Assembly (NCBI GenBank): GCA_003564915.1
Contig: PXDX01000118.1
Location: forward strand, 1 to 41,206
Length of the DNA stretch: 41,206 nt
Reading direction: 5' to 3'
Source of the DNA: a candidate division WWE3 bacterium
GTDB lineage: Bacteria > Patescibacteriota > WWE3 > UBA101185 > UBA10185
Shown here: one piece after another, positions 26,968 through 38,454 of the stretch
How positions within the stretch are numbered: position 1 is the first letter of the stretch
Layout of the letters: each line of letters opens with the position of its first letter
Translations under genes and position numbers: made by a program
Notes under the pieces: model-generated
What the model saw: the letters and a program-made list of their open reading frames with translations, nothing else
The model's database searches: none
Told to the model about the DNA's origin: nothing

Positions 26968-28275
26968 ATGGGAATTTTAGATAAGATCTATAAAAGTTAT
27001 AATGAACTCCCCGAACCTCAAATTGAGGGTATAGTTCATACCATTCTCAAGGAACAGCCTGTTACTAGCGGCTCTTTAATACGATCTACGGGATTGCCCA
27101 AAGAAACTCTTAGAAAGTTCAAGATCGCGATCTCGCCATTTTTGGAAGATACGAAAGAAGACAAGATAAGTTTTAAACAAAAGTTTGTACAGGAGCTCTC
27201 CAATGAGAACCCGCAACCGTATAAATGGTCTTTGGTCTCTTTTGAGAGAGAAGATGTTGAAGAGATTTTAAAAGGGATTCGCAACTCCTATGGATCTGGT
27301 CCAAAAAGAAAGTATGATCAATTTTTTGCAACAGAGGAATCTACCGTAAAAAAAGCCCTCGTAATGAAAGAGAGGGGAGACATTAAAGGTAGAAGGATTG
27401 CCCTACTGGGAGATGATGATCTTCTATCTGTTGCCTTAGGACTTTTGGGAATAGAATATTCGCAGATACTTGTACTGGATATAGATAAAGAGTTGCTGAA
27501 GTCTATAGATAAAGCGGTTGAAGAGCATGGGCTGCACAACATTAGAACCGAGTTTTATGATGCCCGGAGAAGTTTGCGCCCCGATTTGAGGAACAGATTT
27601 GATGTTGTTGTAACGGATCCTCCTTATACTGTTGCAGGAGTGAATCTATTTTTGCAACGGAGTTTGGATCTTATATCGGCAGGTCTTGGAGGTCGCCTGT
27701 ATTTTTATTATGGGAACAGTTATAAAACTCCGGAGAAAACTTTCAAGATCCAAGAAAGCATTACCGCATTTGGACTTCTGATCCTGGAGAAAATAGATCG
27801 TTTTATAAGTTATTACGGAGCAGAATCAATCGGGAGTTCCAGCTCTCTTTATCTTTTGGAAAGGGGAGCTTCTGCGTCCCGTAATTTTCAATACCCTGCA
27901 GTAAAAGAAATATATACTTATCAAAAAAGGCATGAGGCTGATTTCCCTTTTGTTGAGCACTTTGTGTTTAAGATTTATGATGTGCCGGACTCAATGGTAA
28001 ATTCCAAGAGCCGGATACAAAAAGCCTTGGGAAAGTTTTGCCAATATCATAAATTGAAGGTAGTGAATACGGAAGTTACTCGTTTTTCGGGAGGAGGCTA
28101 TACTTTTAATTATACTTTGTCCAACTCTAATCTTACTGTACATACCTGGCCTGAGTTGAATGCCCTTCATTTCGTTCTGGTGACTTGTACTGCCGTTGTA
28201 AATCCCGAAAGGCTCCATGAGAATTTAAGTTCTCTGTTTAAGACGGAGAAAATAGAGATAGAGAAAATAGAGTAG
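26968..28275 (+). CDS. branched-chain polyamine synthase (BpsA/DUF43) fused to a C-terminal S-adenosylmethionine decarboxylase (SpeD)-like domain
   Basis: YDQFFAT.ES, GDI.GRRI.LLGDDDLLS and FDVVVTDPPYT (BpsA), plus C-terminal H.VF.IY...RFSGGGYT...LSNSNLTVHTWPE....FVLVTC (class 1 AdoMetDC). Confidence 0.82.
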   Translation: MGILDKIYKSYNELPEPQIEGIVHTILKEQPVTSGSLIRSTGLPKETLRKFKIAISPFLEDTKEDKISFKQKFVQELSNENPQPYKWSLVSFEREDVEEILKGIRNSYGSGPKRKYDQFFATEESTVKKALVMKERGDIKGRRIALLGDDDLLSVALGLLGIEYSQILVLDIDKELLKSIDKAVEEHGLHNIRTEFYDARRSLRPDLRNRFDVVVTDPPYTVAGVNLFLQRSLDLISAGLGGRLYFYYGNSYKTPEKTFKIQESITAFGLLILEKIDRFISYYGAESIGSSSSLYLLERGASASRNFQYPAVKEIYTYQKRHEADFPFVEHFVFKIYDVPDSMVNSKSRIQKALGKFCQYHKLKVVNTEVTRFSGGGYTFNYTLSNSNLTVHTWPELNALHFVLVTCTAVVNPERLHENLSSLFKTEKIEIEKIE

Positions 28276-28290
28276 TGCTAAAATAGACCT

Positions 28291-29523
28291 ATGCAACCAA
28301 TTCTGCCTGCCTTTTTTCTAATATTGCTGACCGGCCTCTTTTCCTCAACTTTACTTAGAAAACTAAATTTACCCTGGGTTGCTACTCTTATAGTAGGAGG
28401 AATTGCTATCGGACCCAATGGTTTAGGTCTATTCACCCCGGATCCCACAATAGAATTTATATCTGAACTAGGACTGATCTTCCTTATGTTTATGGCTGGT
28501 CTTGAGGTTAAAGTTACAGAGTTCAAAAAGTCCGCACCCAGGCTTTTTTTGCTGTCATTTATTAACGGCTTGATTCCTTTTGTAGTGGGAATTGCTATCG
28601 CATACTATTATGGATACTCCTTTACTACACTGCTTCTTTTAGGAACCGTTTTTATATCATCTTCTATAGCGGTTGTTGTTCCGACTTTGGAGGCGAATGA
28701 TTCATTCAGTTTGAAGATAGGCAATGCAGTAATGACCACCAGCATCATTCAAGATGTCTTTAGCTTAATTCTTCTTTCAATAATACTTCAGGACATAAAA
28801 CCCATGTCGGCCCTTGCTCCGTATCTCTTTTATCCTTTACTGGTGGTTGTATTGATCTCTTTGAAGGTATTTTTACCCAAAATCCAAAGATTTTTCTATT
28901 CCTTGAATTCAAAAAGAGATACATTTCAGGATCAACTTCGGACGGTTTTTCTAGTTTTGATAGGTACAGTCATCATTTTTCAACTTTTAGGATTGCATCC
29001 TATCGTTGGGGGTTTCTTTGCAGGAATGGTTTTATCAGAGTCCCTAAAAGATGAGGTTTTACTCGCCAAGATAAAAGCCTTAAGTTATGGATTTTTTATT
29101 CCTACTTTCTTTATATATATGGGCACTCAAACCGATGTGTCGCTTGTTTTAGAGTCCAGTTCCTCCCTTTCCATTATATTGGTTGTGGTTGTAGGTTCAA
29201 TTTTATCTAAGTTTCTTAGCGGTTGGCTGGGTGCATGGTTAGTAGGTTTCAACCCCTCGGAAGGGCTGTTCTTTGGAGCCTCATCAATACCGCAACTTTC
29301 CACGACCTTAGCCGTGGCTCATACAGCACATTCGGTTGGTTTGATGGATGACAGGTTAATAACGGCACTCGTTGTACTGAGCGTAGTTACAACGATTATT
29401 GGGCCGGCTCTGATGGTTTTCTTCCGTAGTGCTGATTTCCTGAAGTTGCGCAAAGAAAAATCGCTTTTTCTGAGAAGTTTGATATCCGTAAAACATAAGG
29501 AGCCTTCCGAAGTTTTGAGCTAA
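28291..29523 (+). CDS. cation:proton antiporter (CPA2/Kef-type, no RCK domain)
   Basis: About 12 TM helices, GIAIGPNGLG, ELGLIFLMFMAGLE, SSSIAVV, IIQD, GGFFAG, FFIPTFF. Confidence 0.92.
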   Translation: MQPILPAFFLILLTGLFSSTLLRKLNLPWVATLIVGGIAIGPNGLGLFTPDPTIEFISELGLIFLMFMAGLEVKVTEFKKSAPRLFLLSFINGLIPFVVGIAIAYYYGYSFTTLLLLGTVFISSSIAVVVPTLEANDSFSLKIGNAVMTTSIIQDVFSLILLSIILQDIKPMSALAPYLFYPLLVVVLISLKVFLPKIQRFFYSLNSKRDTFQDQLRTVFLVLIGTVIIFQLLGLHPIVGGFFAGMVLSESLKDEVLLAKIKALSYGFFIPTFFIYMGTQTDVSLVLESSSSLSIILVVVVGSILSKFLSGWLGAWLVGFNPSEGLFFGASSIPQLSTTLAVAHTAHSVGLMDDRLITALVVLSVVTTIIGPALMVFFRSADFLKLRKEKSLFLRSLISVKHKEPSEVLS

Positions 29524-29651
29524 TGGAGCAAGATACTTACAGTGTTTCATTCGCTTGGATTTAATTAAAATTTCAGATCAGTTTTAATATTCGGATCTTG
29601 TATGGTATAGTGGGGATGCCTCAATTCGAGGCCTATACTTCAAGCAAGTTA

Positions 29652-29680
29652 TTGACTTGCCTCTGTTTAGTTGGTATTTT
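29652..29680 (+). promoter_or_regulatory. 16S rRNA promoter
   Basis: TTGACT-17nt-TATTTT with TG at the extended -10 position, about 180 nt before the 16S gene. Confidence 0.7.
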
Positions 29681-29750
29681 GCTAAATGCAGTAGATCAAC
29701 GATATTATCTGGTTTAATTTCTTAGCCCAGGTTTGTTGACACTATATGTC

Positions 29751-29762
29751 GCACTTTGAAAA
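29751..29762 (+). promoter_or_regulatory. rrn boxA-like antitermination element
   Basis: GCACTTTGAAAA preceded by a small hairpin in the 16S leader. Confidence 0.6.
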
Positions 29763-29862
29763 TATACTATAGAGCAAATCGTTTGTGCTTTTAGAAGCTA
29801 TATATTAGGATCTCGCTTTTAAGCGATTTTCCAATTCGAGCAACTAAAGGCAAAAAGAATGT

Positions 29863-31322
29863 TTTTTTGAGAATTTGATCCTGGTTCAGGATTAATGCTA
29901 GCGGCGTGCCTAAGGTATGCAAGTCGAACGGATTATTACACAGTCTAGCTTGCTAGACACCGTAATAATTAGTGGCGAACGGCTGAGTAATACATAGGAA
30001 TCTACCCCTAACTCGGGAATAACCAATCGAAAGATTGGCTAATACCCGATGTGGAGGAAACTCCAAAGATTTATCGGTTAGGGAAGAGCCTGTGGCCTAT
30101 CAGCTAGTTGGTGGGGTAATTGCCCACCAAGGCTATGACGGGTACCGGGCCTGAGAGGGCGTACCGGCAGAGGGGCACTGAGACACGGGCCTCACTCCTA
30201 CGGGAGGCAGCAATCGGGAATCTTGCGCAATGGACGAAAGTCTGACGCAGCGACGCCGCGTGGAGGATGAATGCCTTCGGGTTGTAAACTCACGTCAAAA
30301 AGCACCGGCTAACTACGTGCCAGCAGCAGCGGTCAAACGTAGGGTGCAAGCATTATCCGGATTTACTGGGCGTAAAGAGTTCTGTAGGCGGCAGTATAAG
30401 TTGGAGGTTAAATCTTTCGGCCCAACCGAAAGGCTGCTTTCAATACTGTATTGCTAGAGTCAGCTAGGGGACAGTGGAATTCGTGGTGGAGCGGTGAAAT
30501 GCGTTGATATCACGAGGAACACCAAGGGGGAAGCCAACTGTCTGGGGCTGTACTGACGCTGAGAGACGAAAGCTAGGGGAGAGAAAAGGATTAGATACCC
30601 TTGTATTCCTAGCTGTAAACTATGCCTGCTAGATACTTGGTTTTTAAACTGAGCGTCGAAGCTAACGCGTTAAGCAGGCCGCCTGGGGAGTACTACCGCA
30701 AGGTTGAAACTCAAAGGAATTGGCGGGGACCCGCACAAGCGGTGGAGCATGCTCTTTAATTGGTTGCTAACCCAAGAACCTTACCCAGACTTGACATGTT
30801 TGTAGTAGTGAACCGAAAGGGGAACGATCCTAATTTATTAGGAAGCATACACAGGTGTTGCATGGCTGTCGTCAGCTCGTACCGTGAGGCGTACCCTTAA
30901 GTGGGTTAACGAGCGCAACCCCTACTGCTAGTTGTATCACTTTAGCGGAACTGCCATCGTAAGATGGAGGAAGGTGGGGACGACGTCAAGTCGGTATTGC
31001 CCTTATGTCTGGGGCCAGAAGCATGCTACAATGGCGCGTACAATGAGTTGCTTTGCTGCGAAGCACGGCTAATCTTTTAAAACGCGTCTCAGTTCGGATT
31101 GAAGTCTGCAATTCGACTTCATGAAGTTGGAATCGCTAGTAATCGTCGGTCAGCTATACGACGGTGAATACGTTCTCGGGTCTTGCACACACTGCCCGTC
31201 ACATCAGCAAAGCTGAGGTCGCCTGAAGTACCTCTTTAGAGGTCCCATGGTGAAATCAGTGATGAGGGTGAAGTCGTAACAAGGTAGCCGTAGGGGAATC
31301 TGCGGCTGGATCACCTCCTTTC
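29863..31322 (+). rRNA. rrs: 16S rRNA (ends approximate)
   Basis: AGAATTTGATCCTGGTTCAG, ACTCCTACGGGAGGCAGC, ATTAGATACCC, AAGTCGTAACAAGGTA, and anti-SD GGATCACCTCCTTT. Confidence 0.99.
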
Positions 31323-31661
31323 TAAGGAGTAATTATGTGTTTTTGATCCTCAGAAGCTTTTTTGCATGAACTTGCAAAAAAATCTGTGGAAAAAAGAAAC
31401 ACCTCTCAATTTTGACTATCCCTATAAAGATTGAGTAGTAAAGCTGTTATCTCACATACAGCTTTGGGAGGGTTCGCGAGTGAGCCGTTGCGTGTTGAAT
31501 ATTGACACACAACAAAAACTCGCAAATGAGCATTCTTTTTGCCTTCGGTTTCTCGAATTTTGATATGACATATCAAGTCTAGTTAATCTATACCCGCTAT
31601 AGGTGACTCTCGGTTTTTTGATTATCTTTTTAGAGTTGCTCTATATCTAAGAATAAAATTA

Positions 31662-31689
31662 CCCGCCAATAAAACGGCGGGATTTTTTT
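31662..31689 (+). terminator. intrinsic terminator of the 16S transcript
   Basis: CCCGCC-8nt-GGCGGG followed by A-T7, downstream of the 3' arm of the 16S processing stem. Confidence 0.75.
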
Positions 31690-31817
31690 ATTTCCCTTAT
31701 TCGGTAAATAGGGGATTTGCTTTTTGAACCATAAAGTCTTGAATCTTTTAGTAGGGTCGTTTTTGGCCGGATTCTAGATTAGCTTAGGGCTTGAAGAAAG
31801 TTACTTGATTCAGATCA

Positions 31818-32024
31818 CTATCGGTTCTTAAACTTCTCATAAACTTGGGGAGCCATTTTTATAAGGATTAGAAATATTGCTGTCAAGGCGATAAAAAAGA
31901 AGAGCGTATTTATGAGATCATCTACTGTGGAGATGTTTAAGAATCGGTTAATATTCAGTATTGCGGATAGCAGCATCGGAATAAGTAATTTTCGAACCGT
32001 TCTGTTCGATGCAAGGTTGTCCAT
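31818..32024 (-). CDS. small 2-TM hypothetical protein
   Basis: 68 aa, two hydrophobic segments, TATAAT 6 nt before ATG 32024. Confidence 0.6.
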   Translation of the reverse strand: MDNLASNRTVRKLLIPMLLSAILNINRFLNISTVDDLINTLFFFIALTAIFLILIKMAPQVYEKFKNR

Positions 32025-32081
32025 GGTCAAATTATACTACAGTGACTCTTTACTTGGGAGAGAATTCTACCGCAGTTATTC

Positions 32082-32158
32082 TGGTGGGCGTTCATGGACT
32101 CGAACCATGGACCTCTCCCTTATCAGAGGAGTGCTCTAACCAACTGAGCTAAACGCCC
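32082..32158 (-). tRNA. tRNA-Ile(GAT)
   Basis: Cloverleaf, anticodon arm CTCCT-CTGATAA-GGGAG, CCA end. Lies antisense to the rRNA genes. Confidence 0.96.
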
Positions 32159-32271
32159 TTGAAAAATAAATACTTCGATAAATCCGCTAAACAAAAAGCA
32201 TTATAGACTATAACGCTATTTTACACCAAATCTGACGCGGTACTTATCTTTGTATTCCTACTGAAGAAAGC

Positions 32272-33690
32272 CTAAGTTCTCCACGCTTTTAATATCCTAT
32301 TCTTTGCTCTTCTGGTTTTTACAAAATTCAGCCAATCTTTACTGGGCCTTTTTCTTTGTTTGTTGACTTTTATTTTAACCACATCGCCTGTTTCTATCTT
32401 ATAATCAAGTTTCACTATTTTATCGTTAACAAAAGCGCCGATACATCTATCTCCAATATCCGTATGTACGGCATAGGCAAAATCCACTACCGTAGCCCCT
32501 TTTGGTAATTGAATAATATCTCCCTTGGGCGTTAATATATAAACTTTGTCGCTAAAGGGAGTTTTAGAAACGAACTCTTTGTTTTTTTGAATTTCCAAAA
32601 AGTTAAGATCTCTAAACCATTCAGGATGTTTGTTAAGATACTTTTTATATTCTTCCACAGCTTGTGATTTTTCATCTTTTTCGCCAATTTTGTAAAGGAG
32701 ATGTGAGCTAAAGCCGAACTCCGCCTGCGTGTGCATTTCGTGAGATCTGATCTGTACTTCCATGACAAGATCATTATCTATTTCAAAAACATTATGTATG
32801 GCCCGATATCCTGTAGGCCTTGGCTTTTCAATATAGTCATCTCTCTCTTGAGGGAGATAGTTCCAGAGTTGCTTAAGCAAGGTTTCCACAAGATAACATT
32901 CTTCTATGGTTCGGACTATTACCCTTAGTGCAAAGAGATCATAGATGTTCTCCAGATCATTCCCGATATCGATTCCTCGCGATTTATATCTGACCATTTT
33001 TCTGAATGTACTGTAAGGGGATTTAGTTCTGTATTGGATTTGAAAGTCTCTCATTCCCTGTTCGGTTAAAATCTCTGACAAGACCTTTTTAATGTCCGCG
33101 AATATCTTTTTGGTTCCCCAAGATCTTTTTTTGATTATTTTCTTAATTTCAAAATATTCTTCGGGATAGAGGATTTTGAAAGCGGCATTTTCCAGGTCCT
33201 TTGAAATGTTGGATACTCCCAGAACCTTAGCTAGCGGGGCATAAAGATAAAGCGCTCTTATAGCCATCTCCTCTCTTTTTTCTTTATCGAACATCTGGCA
33301 ATTGTCTAGATCTTTAGCTTTCACCACAAGCCTGACTATAAGAAGTCTCACGTCTTCAACCAAATTTATAAGTGTTTGATTCAAATATTTTTCGTTAAAG
33401 TCCCTTAGGTTTTCGGTCTTTATTTTAGTTTCTTTTAATTTACCGTATCTTTCCAATAGGGCGACAATTTCAGATCCAGCCAATTCCTCTATCTTTTTGA
33501 TCGATTTCTTTGGGGACACAGAAAGCGCATCATGTAAGAAGGCTATGGTAAGAGTTGTTTCGTCCCTGATAGAATACTTTTTTAGTCTTTTGACAATATC
33601 CAAAGCATAATCATAATAAGTTTCTTCGGAGAGACGAGTTTCTCCCTCATATAGATCCTTTGCTAGATTCTTTATTTTTTGTGGAACCAT
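32272..33690 (-). CDS. RelA/SpoT homolog (degenerate HD - synthetase - TGS; no ZFD/ACT)
   Basis: LYAPLA..LG, RTKSPYS..RK, DLFALRVIV, DYI.KP...GYRAIH, EVQIRS..MH..AEFG, and TGS TPKGD...LPKGATVVDFAYAVHT. The start may be 33699 or 33690. Confidence 0.93.
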   Translation of the reverse strand: MVPQKIKNLAKDLYEGETRLSEETYYDYALDIVKRLKKYSIRDETTLTIAFLHDALSVSPKKSIKKIEELAGSEIVALLERYGKLKETKIKTENLRDFNEKYLNQTLINLVEDVRLLIVRLVVKAKDLDNCQMFDKEKREEMAIRALYLYAPLAKVLGVSNISKDLENAAFKILYPEEYFEIKKIIKKRSWGTKKIFADIKKVLSEILTEQGMRDFQIQYRTKSPYSTFRKMVRYKSRGIDIGNDLENIYDLFALRVIVRTIEECYLVETLLKQLWNYLPQERDDYIEKPRPTGYRAIHNVFEIDNDLVMEVQIRSHEMHTQAEFGFSSHLLYKIGEKDEKSQAVEEYKKYLNKHPEWFRDLNFLEIQKNKEFVSKTPFSDKVYILTPKGDIIQLPKGATVVDFAYAVHTDIGDRCIGAFVNDKIVKLDYKIETGDVVKIKVNKQRKRPSKDWLNFVKTRRAKNRILKAWRT

Positions 33691-34080
33691 TGTGACCATA
33701 TTATACCTGTTAGAATTTCAGTAGCGTAGACTTTGCAGAGCACAGTTATATTTTTTCAAAATATCGTTCAATATTTATACTCGATTTGGCGATATATCTT
33801 TTAAGGGATACTTTTAGAATTTGAGGGAATTATCAATTTTTAAGGGATTTGAGTTCCGGTAAATAATTTTTTAGTGATGCTTCTATATTATATTGATTAG
33901 AGTCAGCGCATCGAAGAAACTCTGAAATGCGGGCAGTTGTGGTTAGGTTGGATAGAAGGGAATTTTTTATGTATATTATTGAGGTTGAAAAGTCTTTGGA
34001 ATAATTGGAATAATAGGCGAACGAAGATCACGCCTGTATTTTAATAGAGTGTATTGCGAAGATCTAATTAAGTGTTTGAG

Positions 34081-34109
34081 TTGACTTTAAGCCCAGTGGA
34101 TGTTAAATT
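34081..34109 (+). promoter_or_regulatory. promoter of the tRNA-Ala-23S-5S unit
   Basis: TTGACT-17nt-TAAATT with extended -10 TG. Confidence 0.72.
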
Positions 34110-34331
34110 AATGTCAAGAATCTGAACGGAATGGAATCAACTTCTTTCACAGAAGCTCTGGTTTGCTGATGCTGTAAAGGTATTGGCGGCTCAAGCATTG
34201 TTGTATTATTGTCAGCTTGTGTTTTTCAGGAAATTCAACCGTCGCTTTGTAAAAGCCGGTTATTTGCTCGAGAAAACCTGTAACAGCTTCGACTTTCTTT
34301 GAGCAAAATTAAATTTTCTGAATGTTCATAG

Positions 34332-34408
34332 GGGCTCGTAGCTCAGCTGGCTAGAGCATCGCTTTTGCATAGCGGAGGTCGCGGGTTCGAGTCCCGCCGA
34401 GTCCACCA
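34332..34408 (+). tRNA. tRNA-Ala(TGC)
   Basis: GGGCTCG/CGAGTCC acceptor with G3:U70, anticodon loop TTTGCAT, CCA end. Confidence 0.96.
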
Positions 34409-34545
34409 TTCAGCGTTGCATCGCAACCTGAATGGCTGATCAAAACGCTAGGGGCGTTTTGAACTGCCTCACAGAATGGTACACCATTCTGTGAACTTGA
34501 TAATAAGATTTTGTTGTACATTCAGTGTTGCAGCGTAACCTGAAT
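34407..34545 (+). repeat. two 27-nt hairpin direct repeats (34407-34433 and 34519-34545)
   Basis: CATTCAGCGTTGCATCGCAACCTGAAT versus CATTCAGTGTTGCAGCGTAACCTGAAT, 24/27 identical. Confidence 0.85.
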
Positions 34546-34735
34546 AAGTTTGGAAAAGAACAAGAAGAAGTAGTTTCTTAAACCTGACAAGCTTCTAGCA
34601 AGGTTGTCGGATTTAAAAACTTCTTTTTGAGGTTTTTAGCGGTGATTTCTATCAAGTTCAGTGAACTTGACAGAGGGTTCATTCCGTCTGTAGCGGATTG
34701 ATCGTCTCCGAAAGTTGTTCTACGAACAACAAAAA

Positions 34736-34747
34736 GCTCTTTGAAAA
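34736..34747 (+). promoter_or_regulatory. rrn boxA element before 23S
   Basis: GCTCTTTGAAAA, overlapping the 5' arm of the 23S processing stem. Confidence 0.7.
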
Positions 34748-34880
34748 CTGAATGAATTGTCCAGGAGATACCTTTTATTTATTTAATTGGTATTTCCACA
34801 AATGTTCAATCAAAAAGTTTTACTTTTAAGTAAAGCTTTGTGTCTATATATCCGTAAGGATATATACACTCATTGATAGT

Positions 34881-38062
<3,182 letters not shown>

Positions 38063-38202
38063 TTGAAGTAACAGGTTGAACTTCGACAATTCATTCGGTT
38101 TTCAGGGAGTTTTTATATAAAGCTCTCTTTATGACGGTGCTTTTTGTTCCTTGCGGAGCTTAAAGCGCACTTTTATAATTTAAATAGATTTTGCGGCTAC
38201 TA

Positions 38203-38317
38203 TCTCGGTGACGATGGCGATAGGGATCCACCTCTTTCCATTCCGAACAGAGAAGTTAAACCTATCAGCGCCGAAAATACTAGATCTTGTATCTGGGAAA
38301 ATAGGTCGTCGCCGGGA
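38203..38317 (+). rRNA. rrf: 5S rRNA
   Basis: TCTCGGTGACGAT/GTCGTCGCCGGGA terminal helix and the CCATTCCGAACAGAGAAGTTAA motif. Confidence 0.95.
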
Positions 38318-38454
38318 TAGTGTCCGTAAGAGTCAAGGTTTTGAACAAAGAATCGGGTTTTAATAAGCAGCTGGTTTGTCGCTTTGTTGCTGCAAGGATC
38401 TTAAGATCCTGTGAACCAATATAGTAAATATTTAATCAAAGCGAGAATAGAACA

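Noticed and set aside
4671..28526. Antisense and nested ORFs within long CDSs (e.g. 7676-8128, 9511-9972, 13094-13672, 21709-22137)
   Set aside because: Ser/Leu/Phe-rich antisense translations of well-supported genes, with no motifs.
33700..34080. Replication origin in the AT-rich intergenic region
   Set aside because: No cluster of TTATCCACA-like DnaA boxes. The region is better explained as divergent promoters for rel and the 23S unit.
34407..34545. CRISPR array
   Set aside because: Only two imperfect repeats with an 85-nt structured spacer, inside an rRNA spacer, and no cas genes.
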